Below are positions 29,860 to 40,930 of a stretch of 64,000 bases of DNA, in pieces (positions within the stretch are counted from its first letter, which is position 1; every line of letters begins with the position of its first letter). The translations under genes and the position numbers were made by a program. The stretch covers positions 227,737-291,736 of the forward strand of contig CAWDXE010000005.1 in assembly GCA_963806185.1 (NCBI GenBank), read 5' to 3'. The notes below the pieces were generated by a model, which saw only the letters and a list, made by a program, of their open reading frames with translations, searched no databases and was not told where the DNA came from. The DNA is from an uncultured candidate division Zixibacteria bacterium (GTDB lineage Bacteria > Zixibacteria > MSB-5A5 > GN15 > FEB-12).

Positions 29860-32139
29860 ATGCAGTTGAATCTATTGTACCGACTGGCCGGCTGCGTCGG
29901 GGCGGCCGCAATACTGCTTGTCACCGGTGCTCTGGCGACGCCTGACGAGCCATTTACGCCGACATTCAATCCCACCCTGTCCATCACCCGATCGAGCGGT
30001 CACATCAATATTGACGGCCAGCTCGATGACGCGGGCTGGCGGACGGCGGCCCATGTAGACAAATTCCATGAACGGCAGCCCGGCGACAATACCCGACCAT
30101 CGGTGGGCACCGACGTATTCGTGACCTACGACGAAGACAACCTGTATGTCGCTTTCGACTGCAAGGACGACCCTTCGAGCATTCGCGCGACCATGTGTCA
30201 GCGCGATCAGTTCTCCGGCGATGACAATGTCGTCCTGCTCCTCAACACCTTTGATGATCCGTCCTGGGCGTACGAACTCTTTGTCAATCCGTACGGTATT
30301 CAGCGCGACATGCTCTGGAACAATCTCGGCTATTCGGACTACGGCTTCGATCTGATCTGGCGGTCGGCCGCTCAACGGACTGCCACCGGGTACACGGTGG
30401 AAATCGCGGTGCCGTTTGCCAGCCTGCGCTTTCCGGATCGTGACAGTCAGGAGTGGCGGGTCGACTTCTGGCGCAATCGCCCTCGCGAAACGAACTTCCA
30501 GTACTCCTGGGCAGCCAACAATCGAAGCGAGCAGTGCTTTCCGTGTAAATGGGGCAAACTGACCGGCCTCAGCGGTACTCATCCGAGCAAGGGGATTGAG
30601 ATTCTCCCCTCAATGCTGGCCCACCAGACCGGCGGCCTGGTGAATCTGAATGATCCGCGTTCCAGCTTCCACAACCAGGATCCAAAGGGGGACTTCTCCC
30701 TGGGCGGGAAGTATGCGCTCACCTCCGACATTACCATGGAAGCCTCGGTAAACCCCGACTTCAGCCAGATCGAGGCCGATGCGGCGCAGATTGAGGCCAA
30801 TTCAACCATCTCCCTCTTCTATCCGGAGCGACGGCCCTTCTTCCAGGAGGGAAGCGATATCTTCCGCACTCCGTTCAATTCATTTTATACGCGGACTATC
30901 AACGATCCGCAGTTCGCCGCCAAGCTGACCGGCCGGACGGGACGGATGCGCATCGGCTTCCTCGCCGCCTATGATGAAAACAGCCCATACATCATGCCGC
31001 TCGACGCCAGCAACTACCTGGTCAATCCGGGCAAATCCACTTCGACAGTACTTCGAGCTTCTCAGCAAGTCGGTCAAGGCAGCCAGTACGGGTTCATTAT
31101 CACCGATCGCCGCTTCGAGGGCGGCGGCTCCGGAACGGTAGCTTCGGTTGACGGCATGTTTCGGCTGTCACCCCTCTACACGCTCGTGGGTCAGTTCATA
31201 GAAACCCACACTACGGAGCCGACGTTTGGCTCGACTCTGGATGGACAGACATTTGACGCCGGCAAGCATACCGTCGCGTTGGACGGCGAATCCTTTTCCG
31301 GCTGGGCATTCATCACTCAATTCCTGCGCAACGGCCCCCACTACGGTTTCAATATCGGCTACAACCAGATTGAGCCGACCTATCGCACCCAGAACGGTTT
31401 TGATCCGGTCGCCAATCACCGGACCGTGGATATATCCCATTACTTCGCCATCACACCGAAATCAGGGCCGATCGTACGAATCAGTCCGCAGGTGTATGTC
31501 TCACGGCGATGGGATTTTCTGACGGGTCAGCGCCGCTACGACATCATAAATCTCCATGTGGAATCGCAGACGAAGGTTGCCCAGTTCAGCCCGTATGTGA
31601 ACTACTCCTGGCAACGGGAGAATTTCGAGGGAATCGAATTTGACCGCCTCTGGGAAGTCAATTCCGGCTTTGACGCACAGCCGACCAGCAAGCTCGGCTT
31701 CGGCGTGGGCACAGCTTTCGGGCACAACCTGGCCAGGTTCGCCTTGCAGCGGGGCAACGAAACGCAATTCAATATCTACTGCACCTACAAGCCAGTTGAT
31801 CGGCTGACGATTGAGCCGAACGTTTCCTACGCCCGGATGACCAGCTTGATCGACGGACAGCGATTCTATTCCGGCTACATCATGAGAACACGAGTTCAAA
31901 TGCAGGCCACCAAGGCGATGTCGTTCCGGCTGGTCACTCAGTACAACGATTTCGGCAAAGTCTGGGATGTTGATCCACTGCTCACCTATCGGGTCAGTCC
32001 GTTCTCGGTCCTCTACGTCGGCTCCACAATGAATTATGGTCAGGTGGCGACCTATCCCGAGGATCCGCACAATCCGCCGCAGTGGCGCAATACGTCGCGG
32101 CAGATTTTCATGAAGCTGCAGTACCTCTTCCAAACCTGA
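29860..32139 (+). CDS. CBM9-like + DUF5916 outer-membrane protein
   Basis: IDGQLDDAGW, YDEDNLYVAF, EIAVPFASLRF, NPDFSQIEAD, ERRPFFQEG motifs; ends FMKLQYLFQT. Confidence 0.85.
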   Translation: MQLNLLYRLAGCVGAAAILLVTGALATPDEPFTPTFNPTLSITRSSGHINIDGQLDDAGWRTAAHVDKFHERQPGDNTRPSVGTDVFVTYDEDNLYVAFDCKDDPSSIRATMCQRDQFSGDDNVVLLLNTFDDPSWAYELFVNPYGIQRDMLWNNLGYSDYGFDLIWRSAAQRTATGYTVEIAVPFASLRFPDRDSQEWRVDFWRNRPRETNFQYSWAANNRSEQCFPCKWGKLTGLSGTHPSKGIEILPSMLAHQTGGLVNLNDPRSSFHNQDPKGDFSLGGKYALTSDITMEASVNPDFSQIEADAAQIEANSTISLFYPERRPFFQEGSDIFRTPFNSFYTRTINDPQFAAKLTGRTGRMRIGFLAAYDENSPYIMPLDASNYLVNPGKSTSTVLRASQQVGQGSQYGFIITDRRFEGGGSGTVASVDGMFRLSPLYTLVGQFIETHTTEPTFGSTLDGQTFDAGKHTVALDGESFSGWAFITQFLRNGPHYGFNIGYNQIEPTYRTQNGFDPVANHRTVDISHYFAITPKSGPIVRISPQVYVSRRWDFLTGQRRYDIINLHVESQTKVAQFSPYVNYSWQRENFEGIEFDRLWEVNSGFDAQPTSKLGFGVGTAFGHNLARFALQRGNETQFNIYCTYKPVDRLTIEPNVSYARMTSLIDGQRFYSGYIMRTRVQMQATKAMSFRLVTQYNDFGKVWDVDPLLTYRVSPFSVLYVGSTMNYGQVATYPEDPHNPPQWRNTSRQIFMKLQYLFQT

Positions 32140-32168
32140 GTAGCTCCCGTCGCTCAGGTCGCTAACAG

Positions 32169-32200
32169 AAAATGGGAGGTGGCAATCCACCTCCCATTTT
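32169..32200. terminator. Bidirectional intrinsic terminator
   Basis: AAAATGGGAGGTGG-caat-CCACCTCCCATTTT perfect hairpin. Confidence 0.8.
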
Positions 32201-32237
32201 GCGTCTCGGTCTCTTTCGACAATTTCAGGTGTTGAAG

Positions 32238-32513
32238 CTACTTATGAGCCTCAGCCATGGCACAGCCGCCGGCTGGACACGGTTTGCCGCAGTCGGAGGT
32301 TTTCGCGGCGGTCGTGGCGGTTGCTGTCGTGCCGGTTTGTCCGTTCTTCATTTCGCACTGGCCCGGATTGGTGCACGGATGCGGGCACTTGTCGCATTGA
32401 TCGGGCGATACGCAGGTGCAGTCTTCCGGCATCGCCGTAGACGCTGACTGAACAGAGACAGTCCAGATGATGGCGCTGAGCGCCACAAGGGCAATCAAAA
32501 GAGTCTTTCGCAT
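32238..32513 (-). CDS. Small secreted Cys-rich (metallothionein-like) protein
   Basis: 91 aa; signal peptide MRKTLLIALVALSAIIW..QSA; nine Cys (CTC, CDKC, CGKPC and others); AGAGGA SD; terminator follows. Confidence 0.7.
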   Translation of the reverse strand: MRKTLLIALVALSAIIWTVSVQSASTAMPEDCTCVSPDQCDKCPHPCTNPGQCEMKNGQTGTTATATTAAKTSDCGKPCPAGGCAMAEAHK

Positions 32514-32592
32514 AAGGCAATTCCTCTACCGTTAGGCGTTACTTGATTGTCTGCGATCGATATTTCGATCGCACGTGAATTCTTCGGAGTAA

Positions 32593-33069
32593 CTATCCCA
32601 GCGGCGGAGCGCGAGATGGCGGAGGGCTTTTCGAAAGCGAACCGAGAGGCAACAGCGCACGATCTTCAACCGTGCAAAGAATTTGAGGAGTATCGATAGT
32701 TGGTGAGGCCGGCTGGATCGCGAACGACCCGCGAGCACCGTCATCCAGCGAAAGACGCGATCCTTCTACTCCGGGCTGCGTCGAGACCAAAGAACAGCAC
32801 CGGGGACTCGACGGCTGCCCCGGCTTTGACTTGACTGGACAATTTGTGTGCGCGACCGCCAGGCAGGGGACTGTGGCGCAGCCGGTGGGAATCTCATGGC
32901 CATTGGCGGCGCAAACATTGGCGCAAGCCTCGATCCGGGAGAGACACTGCTCTATCTGCGCATCGGATTTCGGTACAACGAGATAGAGCGGCTGGGTAGC
33001 TCCGGAATAGACCGCCGCCAGGACGATAATAAGTTTCATCGATTGGACGGCTGATTTCAAGACACGCAT
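32593..33069 (-). CDS. Cys-rich leader protein with C-terminal RAPP motif
   Basis: Hydrophobic N-terminus, multiple Cys, C-terminus SPPPSRAPPLG; GGAG SD upstream. Confidence 0.6.
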   Translation of the reverse strand: MRVLKSAVQSMKLIIVLAAVYSGATQPLYLVVPKSDAQIEQCLSRIEACANVCAANGHEIPTGCATVPCLAVAHTNCPVKSKPGQPSSPRCCSLVSTQPGVEGSRLSLDDGARGSFAIQPASPTIDTPQILCTVEDRALLPLGSLSKSPPPSRAPPLG

Positions 33070-33218
33070 TACCGGCTACTCCGACATCTATCATTTTGGA
33101 TCTGAAGTGTGTTTGGACTCAGATTATACATAAAGCTCGTTCGCCGGTTCCGTATGGATACCACGACCACCGGTCAGTTTCGGGCTTGCGGTGGTCAGAG
33201 TCGCGAGCAATCGCTTGT

Positions 33219-36200
33219 TCAGGATTCGGCGACGACCGGTTCAGTGACCGGCGATTCGACCACCACTTTCTGAGTCGACAGATAGGTATACAGTGCCGGA
33301 ATGACGAACAGCGTAAGGCCAAGTGAAAAGAGCAGGCCACCGATAATCACGATACCCATCGAAATGCGGCTTTGTGCCGCCGCACCCAGAGCCAGGGCAA
33401 TCGGCAGTACGCCGAAAACGGTGGCCAGGCTGGTCATGACAATGGGGCGAAATCGTTGAATCGCGGCGTCGAGCACCGCCTCACGAAGCGCCAAACCCTG
33501 CGCTTTCCGCTGGTTGGCGAATTCGACGATCAGAATGCCGTTCTTGGTGACAATGCCCACCAGCGCAATGATGCCAATCTGGCTGAAGATGTTCATCGTC
33601 TGTCCAAAAATCCAGAGCGACAGAATCGCTCCCGCCAGCGCCAGCGGCACGGTGAACATGATGATCAGCGGGTCGCGGAAACTCTCGAACTGGGCGGACA
33701 AAATCAGGTACACCAGAATAAGCGCCAGCACAAAAGCAAACAGCAGTGTATTGGAGCTCTCAGCATACTCCTTGGACGTTCCGGCCAGACTGGTCGTGAA
33801 TGATTCGTCGAGCACTGTCCCGGCGATCCTGTCCATTTCTTCGATTCCCTGTCCCAGCGTGAAGCCGGGCGCGGGCTGTGCCGCCACGGTCGCGGCGACG
33901 TAACGATTGTACCGGTACAGTTGCTGCGGGCTGCTCCGATATGACAGATTCACGACGTTGTCGAGCTGAATCAGTTCATCGCGATTATTGCGCACATAGA
34001 TGGAACTCAGGTCGAGCGGTTCGTCGCGATTGGCCCGGTTGGCCTGCGCGATGACCGAGTATTGCTTCCGTCGAAGATGAAATAGCCGTACCGCTGTCCG
34101 CTGAAATAGAGCTGAAGCGTCTCGGCGATATCGCGCACCGTGATACCGAGCGCGCGCGCCCGGTCGCGATCTATCTGCACGGTCAGTTCCGGCTTATTGA
34201 ACTTAAGATCCAGGTCGACGGTCGAAAAGACCGGGCTGTTCTGCGCTTCGTCCATGAACGGCGGGATAACGTCTTTGAGTCGTTCGAAGGTGGGGGCCTG
34301 CACGACATACTGCACCGGCAGACCGCGCCCGCGCTGGCCGCCGATGGTCTGCTCCTGAGTGACAAAGGCGCGGGCAAAGGAGTACTTGCCGCAGGGTCGC
34401 CGTAAGCGCATTGGCAATCTCCTGCTGCGTGCGCCGGCGTTCATCAGGCGGAACCAGCGTGATCCGAACAAAACCGTTATTCACGCCGCCCGACGAGCCG
34501 AACCCCGACGCCGTCACCGACATGATGTTGTCCCGCTCCGGAAGGGAATCGGCCATCGCAATCAGCTTGCCCATGTAGTCATTCATCGCCTCATACGATG
34601 TTCCCTCCGGGGCCGTGGCCTGGATGACCAGGCGGCTCCGATCTTCCATAGGCGCCAGTTCCGATGGAATCAGCTTGCCGATACCGAGAATGATCGCGAC
34701 CGACACGGCCATGACGACCAGCGCCAGCCAGCGCCGCTGCAGGAAGAAGACCAGCCAGCCGTTGATACGCGCCGATAATCCGATTGAACGTTCGTTCGCT
34801 CCACATGAACAACTTGTTCTCATGCGTGCTCTTGTGGAGCATGTGAGCGCTCATCATCGGCGTCAGCGTCAGCGAAACGAACGCTGAGATGAGGACTGCC
34901 CCGGCTACAACAATGCCGAATTCACGGAACAGCCGCCCGGTCAGTCCCTGGAGAAAGATGATCGGCAGAAAGACCGCGGCCAGCGTGATCGTGGTGGACA
35001 CGATGGCGAAGAAGATTTCCTTGGCGCCTCGGTGTCCCGCGTCGATCGGACGCATGCCCCCTTCAATCTTCGCGTAGATATTCTCCAGCACCACAATGGC
35101 GTCGTCGACGACAATGCCGGTGGACAGCACGATTCCCAGCAAGGTCAGGATATTGATCGTGAAATTCGACACGTACATGATGAAAAACGCGCCGATAAGC
35201 GAAATCGGAATGGCCACCATCGGAATGATGGTCGTCCGCCAGTGGCGCAGGAAAAGGAAAATCACCAGGAGGACAAGCAGAAACGCGATGGCCAGCGTCT
35301 CGACCACCTCGACAATCGCCCGACGGATATTGGCGGTGGTGTCCATCGCGATGCTGTATTGCAGATCCTTCGGAAGATCACGCTTGATCTGTTCGAGGCG
35401 CTGGTAGAACTCGATCGGCTATGGCGATGTGATTGGAGCCCGGCTGAGGAATGACCACCACGCCGACCATGGGCACGTTGCCGTTGCCGCGCAGAATGGT
35501 GCGCTCATTTTCCGGCGCCAGCACCGCCTGACCGATATCGCGGAGCTTGACCACTGATCCTTCAGATTCGTTGATGATCAAATCGTTGAATTCCTCGGCG
35601 GTGGTGAGACGCCCGAATGTCCGGATGGAGAGCTCGGTGGCATACCCTTCAATACGCCCCGACGGCAGCTCCACATTTTCGCGATTCAAAGCATCGCGCA
35701 CGTCGAGTGGTGTAAGTCCGTACGCGGCCAGCTTGCCGGGATCGATCTGCAGCTTCATGGCGTATTTCTTTTCGCCCCAGATGCGAATCTCGCTAATTCC
35801 CGGAATGGTCTGGAGTCGCTCTTTGAAAACGTCATTGGCCAGCGCCGACAGCTCGAGCAACGACAAGCGATCGCTGCGAATCGTGACCGACAAAATCGGA
35901 TTGGCGTCGGCATCCGCTTTGGAGACCACCGGCGGATCGACGTCGGCCGGCAGACTGCGGATGGAACGGGAGACGCGATCGCGCACGTCGTTTGCCGCAT
36001 TCTCCATATCGACACCCAGCTCAAACTCGACCGTGATGTTACTCCGCCCGTCACTGCTGATGGAAGTCAGGGAGCGAATCCCCGCGATGCCATTGATTGA
36101 TTCTTCGAGCGGTTCGGTAATCTGCGATTCGATGACGTCGGCGTTGGCGCCGGTGTAATTGACCGATACGGTCACCACCGGCGGGTCGACGCTGGGGTAT

Positions 36201-36307
36201 TCGCGAACCCCGAGAAAAATGAAGCCAATCGCACCGAACAGAAGGATAAGGAGTGAAAGGACGATAGAGAGGACCGGGCGATTTATGAAAATCGACGAAA
36301 TATTCAC
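33219..36307 (-). CDS. HAE1-type RND permease (frameshifted; fragments 35378-36307, 34591-35346, 34203-34823, 34007-34471, 33219-33995)
   Basis: FINRPV, REYPSVDPP, GIVVDDAIVVLEN, LTLTPM, AQFESF, KNGILIVEFAN and RFRPIVMT appear in order across frames. Confidence 0.88.
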
Positions 36308-36319
36308 GGGGGATTTCCC

Positions 36320-37387
36320 TTACTTAGCCGCGGCCGGTGAGATTTGAATCGCCTTACCGTCACTGAGCTGCAAAAGGCCGGTGACTATGAGAGTGTCGAA
36401 GGCCCGTAATCCGTCGGTCACCTGAATGCTGGATTCGGTCCGGATGCCGGTCTGGATCGGCACCGCCTGCGCCTTTCCATTCCGGGCCACAAATACTTTG
36501 TTACCGTTCAACTCGGGAATGACCGCGGCACCGGGCACCACCAGCGCGTCGCCAATTCGCTCCAGCGTCACTTCGACCTTGGCGAACGATCCGGGAATGA
36601 GAGTCCCGTTGGGATTTGGTATCGTGGCGCGGGCCTTAATGGTCCGCGTGTTGGGATCGATTTTTGCCTCGATGGCGTAAATCACGCCCGTCTGGGCGGC
36701 GATCGCATCGCCAATCATTACTCCGACCTTAGTGCCGTCAGTCAGCAGACCGGCATACTTCTCCGGCACGGCAAACTCAACTTTGATCGGGTCGATATCC
36801 TGCATCGCGGCCACCAGCGTATTCGCATCGACATATTGACCCTCGCTCACCGATCGCAGACCCACGACGCCGTCGAAGGGGGCGGCAATGACGGTCTCGG
36901 CCAGCTGCGACTCGATCACCTCGCGCTCGGCCTGGATCATCTTGAGGGCGTTCAGCACCTTGTCGTAATCTTCCTGACTGATCGCCGCGACGTCCAGGAG
37001 TCGCTTGCTGCGGTGTTCCTGGTCGGCGGCCAGTTTTTCTTCGAGCGATTTGCGCTCCAACTGGGCACGCAGCTCGCGGTCATTGATCCGGAGAAGAACC
37101 TCACCCTTCTTCACCCGCTTTCCTTCGGCAAAGGAAACGCTCGTTATTCGGCCGGCGATTTCCGGACGCAGCTCCACTTCCTCGTTGGCCAGCAATGTAC
37201 CGGTGGTCGATATCTTGTTTTCGAGCGGCTGCGGCGTCACGATGTAGACTTCAACGGGAATAGCACTCCCTCCCTTGCCGCCGCCGGCTCTGTCCGATTG
37301 TTTGGTGTTGCCATTACTGCACGAACTGGCAACCACGCCTGCAATGATCAGTAATAAGAGTAGAATCGAAAAAGCGGTCTTTGTCAT
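36320..37387 (-). CDS. RND periplasmic adaptor (MFP), probable lipoprotein
   Basis: VASSC lipobox-like site; IAAPFDGVVG, VPEKY, TRTIKARA and LIPGSF motifs. Confidence 0.9.
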   Translation of the reverse strand: MTKTAFSILLLLLIIAGVVASSCSNGNTKQSDRAGGGKGGSAIPVEVYIVTPQPLENKISTTGTLLANEEVELRPEIAGRITSVSFAEGKRVKKGEVLLRINDRELRAQLERKSLEEKLAADQEHRSKRLLDVAAISQEDYDKVLNALKMIQAEREVIESQLAETVIAAPFDGVVGLRSVSEGQYVDANTLVAAMQDIDPIKVEFAVPEKYAGLLTDGTKVGVMIGDAIAAQTGVIYAIEAKIDPNTRTIKARATIPNPNGTLIPGSFAKVEVTLERIGDALVVPGAAVIPELNGNKVFVARNGKAQAVPIQTGIRTESSIQVTDGLRAFDTLIVTGLLQLSDGKAIQISPAAAK

Positions 37388-37445
37388 ATAGCCATGGCCT
37401 TGATCTATTGTAACGGGGGCAATTAAGCCGGGTTCCAACCAACTG

Positions 37446-38195
37446 TCAACGAATCAGTATGCCCTTGGTCTTTTCCCTGGTCTGGGGCAGATACCAAATA
37501 TTTAGCCAGTTGCCGATGGATTCGTTTTCGCGTTTCATCCAGCGATCGACCATCGGACGCCGGATCAAGTATTTGGAATTCGTGTAGGCGGGGCCTCCGT
37601 GGCGAGCCATTTCAGCGGCTTTGTTCAGCGCCGTGATCTGGAGATCGACCGTAGCGGTCAATTCGTCGACCAAATGTATATCCAACGACTCATGCGCGGC
37701 GAACATCTGCCCCGACAAGAGCACCCGTTCCGCGATCCGATTGCCGACGGCGTAACGAAGCATTTCCACGGCGCCGGCGAACAGTGTCGAGCCGAACGTA
37801 ACTTCATTGAGCGACAGCTTCGCACCCTCGCTCACGAGTATGCGGTAGTCGCAGGCGAGGGCGAGAACACACCCGCCGGCGATCGTATGGCCGTTGAGCG
37901 CCGCCACAACCGGCTTGGGGAAGAGGAAGAGTTCACGATACAATGAACAGAACGAACGGATGAACTTGCCAAACTGTTCTGATGGCTGATCGTACATCTC
38001 GGGAATGTCAAACCCGAATGAGAAAAACCTCCCCTGGCCGGTGAGCACAACCGCCGACACAGAATTGTCCGCAGCCAATTCTGCACACGTGGCCGCCAAC
38101 GCCGTTACCATCTCTGGATTGACGGCATTCACTTTCCCCCGCGCCATCGTAATTGTGGCGATCTCATCTTGGCGTGAAACGAGAACACTTCCCAT
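37446..38195 (-). CDS. Enoyl-CoA hydratase/isomerase family protein
   Basis: FSFGFDI, PKPVVAALNGHTIAGG..LALACDYRI and LNEV motifs. Confidence 0.92.
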   Translation of the reverse strand: MGSVLVSRQDEIATITMARGKVNAVNPEMVTALAATCAELAADNSVSAVVLTGQGRFFSFGFDIPEMYDQPSEQFGKFIRSFCSLYRELFLFPKPVVAALNGHTIAGGCVLALACDYRILVSEGAKLSLNEVTFGSTLFAGAVEMLRYAVGNRIAERVLLSGQMFAAHESLDIHLVDELTATVDLQITALNKAAEMARHGGPAYTNSKYLIRRPMVDRWMKRENESIGNWLNIWYLPQTREKTKGILIR

Positions 38196-38385
38196 GGGCC
38201 CTCCTGGAAATCATTAAGGGAGTATACTCGTTTTTGAGGAGAGCCGAAACTCGTTCCGAATGAAATTCACCGTATGAAAGCGGAACCGGGTGTTGAATAA
38301 GAATCGGGCCAACCCGCCATACGGGAGGCGAGCGGCCCGATTTGGTGAGAAGACGAAGCCTGAATCTGGCCGTCCGGTTCAGCCA

Positions 38386-39303
38386 CTAATTTCCGTTAGC
38401 CGCCTTTCCGGTGTCGGTGTCGTGTGTCACCTTCGCTTTCAGCCAGATCTCCTGCTTCGAGGGCACATTCGATTTTGCGCCGCCGGGTCCCCCCGGTCCG
38501 CCCGGGCCACCCATCGGCGGGCCTCCCATGCTACCAGGCGGCATGCCACCACCGCCTTTATCCATGTCGCCACCGCGCGGGTCTCCCCCTTCTCCTCCGG
38601 GTCGCCGCCCGCCTCCCCTCGGGGCACCACCCAAGTCGCCCCATACCAGACCGACCCCCAACGGACGGCTCGGGTCGATTTTCAAACCGTAGGCATGCTC
38701 CTGAACTCCCTGAAACGGAATGCGGAATTCGTAGACGTAGAATCCCTTGTCAATGCCACACGCGGCTGACGGTCCCTCGGAGCCGTCCAGTCTTACTACG
38801 GTCTCGTCTGTCACATCTTTGTGATAGATCGAAAGGCGGTTTTCCATTCTTCCCGGTGGTCGGGTCTGACCAAACGGCGATCCATCGACATTGCTTTCTT
38901 CCCGCTCCCGAGATTCGTCTCTGACGATCGAGGCAGAATCTTCGATCATGTCGGCAGGTCCACCGGTAAACGTGGCCCTGAAATCCTTGTTTTTCTTTCC
39001 TCTCGGATCGAGCCAGACGGTGAGCCCGCCCATGCGAATGGCGCGGGCGTAATCTTTGTTGGTGAAGCGAACGAGCACAAACAGGTTGGCCGAATCCCGA
39101 CCGAGCCCCACCACTACCTTCTGTTCCGTGAGCAGCGTCGTACTTGTGCCGGGCCAATCCAGCATCCGACCGTCGACCGTAATCGCATTTGTCAAGGCAA
39201 TCGGAAATGGCTCTTCCGCACAGCCTGGCTGGTACCAGGCGATTGAGGTGAATATGAGAAGCATTGTGGTGGTGACAATCGAGGAAATTCGCGTGCTCGA
39301 CAT
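38386..39303 (-). CDS. Exported hypothetical protein, DOMON/CBM9-like, with Gly/Pro/Met-rich tail
   Basis: Signal peptide; ITVDG..DW and YEFRIPF segments; GGPGGPGG low-complexity region; GGAGG SD. Confidence 0.7.
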   Translation of the reverse strand: MSSTRISSIVTTTMLLIFTSIAWYQPGCAEEPFPIALTNAITVDGRMLDWPGTSTTLLTEQKVVVGLGRDSANLFVLVRFTNKDYARAIRMGGLTVWLDPRGKKNKDFRATFTGGPADMIEDSASIVRDESREREESNVDGSPFGQTRPPGRMENRLSIYHKDVTDETVVRLDGSEGPSAACGIDKGFYVYEFRIPFQGVQEHAYGLKIDPSRPLGVGLVWGDLGGAPRGGGRRPGGEGGDPRGGDMDKGGGGMPPGSMGGPPMGGPGGPGGPGGAKSNVPSKQEIWLKAKVTHDTDTGKAANGN

Positions 39304-39406
39304 TTACGCCTCCGAGGTCAATTACCGCCGAATCGTGCAGACGCACATCAGGTGCGTCGCTCGTAGTCATTATAGCCCGAAACGGTTGACCGGCAGCTTC
39401 GGGCGA

Positions 39407-39420
39407 TACCATTTGTTACA
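39407..39420. promoter_or_regulatory. RstA-box-like direct repeat
   Basis: TACCATTTGTTACA resembles TACA-N4-GTTACA; lies in the divergent promoter region. Confidence 0.45.
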
Positions 39421-39563
39421 CATTACCCCGGTCAATCGACTTAATTCCGCGCGGCGGGCGTCGACGAATTAAGCAAGGCGCACCCTCCACAAAGTCACCT
39501 CGGTGTGACGAATGCAGGATGCAATCAGAAAAACCTCAACCTCTGATGAAAGGAGGTGACGAG

Positions 39564-40028
39564 ATGGTAAGCAGCATCAACGGCGGAGTGAACAGGACGT
39601 TCGCGGAATTTAGTCGTCCCACCGAAGCCGAAATGAAACAGCACCGACAGGAAATGTTCACGCAAATGGACACCAACGGTGACGGTACGGTGGACAAGGC
39701 CGAATTCAGTGCCTTCGGGAAGCAAATGGCCGAGGCCACCGGCAGACCGGATCAATCTGACGAGATCTTCTCGGCGATTGATACCGATGGTGACGGCGTG
39801 ATTACCCAAGCCGAAGCGGATGCGTTTGAGCCGCCGGCTCCCCCAACAGGAGACATGCCGGCCGGCCCGGCCGCCATTCAGAGCCTTTCCAGTGAGTCGC
39901 TGGCGACTCTCCTGGAATCGCTCCAGAAGGACGATTCCTCCGAAAGCTGGACGCTCCAGAACGCAATCCAGCAGTATCTGGACGCCAATTGCGCGGGTTC
40001 TCAGTCAACTCTCAACCTGCTCGGGTGA
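39564..40028 (+). CDS. EF-hand calcium-binding protein
   Basis: Two EF loops, DTNGDGTVDKAE and DTDGDGVITQAE; perfect AAAGGAGGTGA SD. Confidence 0.88.
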   Translation: MVSSINGGVNRTFAEFSRPTEAEMKQHRQEMFTQMDTNGDGTVDKAEFSAFGKQMAEATGRPDQSDEIFSAIDTDGDGVITQAEADAFEPPAPPTGDMPAGPAAIQSLSSESLATLLESLQKDDSSESWTLQNAIQQYLDANCAGSQSTLNLLG

Positions 40029-40126
40029 GAGCGTCAGCCGGCCGGAGCCTTCACTCCCCGGCCGGCTCTCAAGATTTGGCCCGGATGACGGGGAAACAGG
40101 AGGAGTCACTGGTCAGGTGAATTAAT

Positions 40127-40140
40127 TACAAACTGTTACA
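40127..40140 (+). promoter_or_regulatory. RstA-box-like direct repeat upstream of the response regulator
   Basis: TACAAACTGTTACA, two TACA half-sites 10 bp apart. Confidence 0.55.
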
Positions 40141-40234
40141 ATCTTTTCCACCGCTCGGTTGTCACTAGTAGAAACAAAGTTGCTTCTTTGTGGAAAGAAG
40201 GGGAGATTGTCCTCAAGGGCGAAAGGATGTAACG

Positions 40235-40930
40235 ATGACGGTTGCAAATGACCGCATACTCCTGATCGAAGACGATACAAAGCTGGCACGCCTTATCACT
40301 GAATTTCTCGAGTCGCACAGTTTTCTGGTCACGAGCGAAACGCGGGGAGATCTGGCTATCGATCGAATTCTTCACGAAATTCCCGACCTGGTCATCCTTG
40401 ACCTTATGCTCCCGGGCCTCGACGGCCTGTCAGTCTGCAAGGCGGTTCGCAGTCAGTATCAGCACCCCATTCTGATGCTGACCGCTCGAGGCGATGAAGC
40501 CGATGAACTCATCGGGCTCGAAGTTGGGGCTGATGACTACCTGGCAAAACCGGTGCGACCGCAGCTCCTGCTCGCCCGCATACGTACGTTATTGCGCCGC
40601 TCGCGTCGTTTCGACACAACCTGCCAGCATATCACACTCGGACCGGTGGAAATCGACGCGGCTCGACGGGCAGTGCAGATCAGCACACGGCCGATCGAAG
40701 TCACGACCACCGAATTCGAACTGCTTTGGTTTTTGGCCCGCCACGCCGGTGAGGTGGTCACCCGCGACCAGATCAGCCACGCCCTTCGCGGACATGAATG
40801 GGACGGATTGGATCGATCGATTGACCTGGCGATTTCCCGACTTCGCAAAAAACTGGGCGACCACGGCCGTAACCCTGAATTGATTTTGTCCGTGCGCGGC
40901 ATCGGCTACCAGTGGATTCTCGAACAATGA
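40235..40930 (+). CDS. OmpR-family response regulator (RstA-like)
   Basis: IEDD, ILDLMLPG, GADDYLAKP, DRSIDLAISRLRKKLGD and SVRGIGY motifs. Confidence 0.93.
   Translation: MTVANDRILLIEDDTKLARLITEFLESHSFLVTSETRGDLAIDRILHEIPDLVILDLMLPGLDGLSVCKAVRSQYQHPILMLTARGDEADELIGLEVGADDYLAKPVRPQLLLARIRTLLRRSRRFDTTCQHITLGPVEIDAARRAVQISTRPIEVTTTEFELLWFLARHAGEVVTRDQISHALRGHEWDGLDRSIDLAISRLRKKLGDHGRNPELILSVRGIGYQWILEQ

Noticed and set aside
38424..38700. Gly-Pro repeats as a collagen-like domain
   Set aside because: Short and irregular; ordinary low-complexity GGP/GGM tail.
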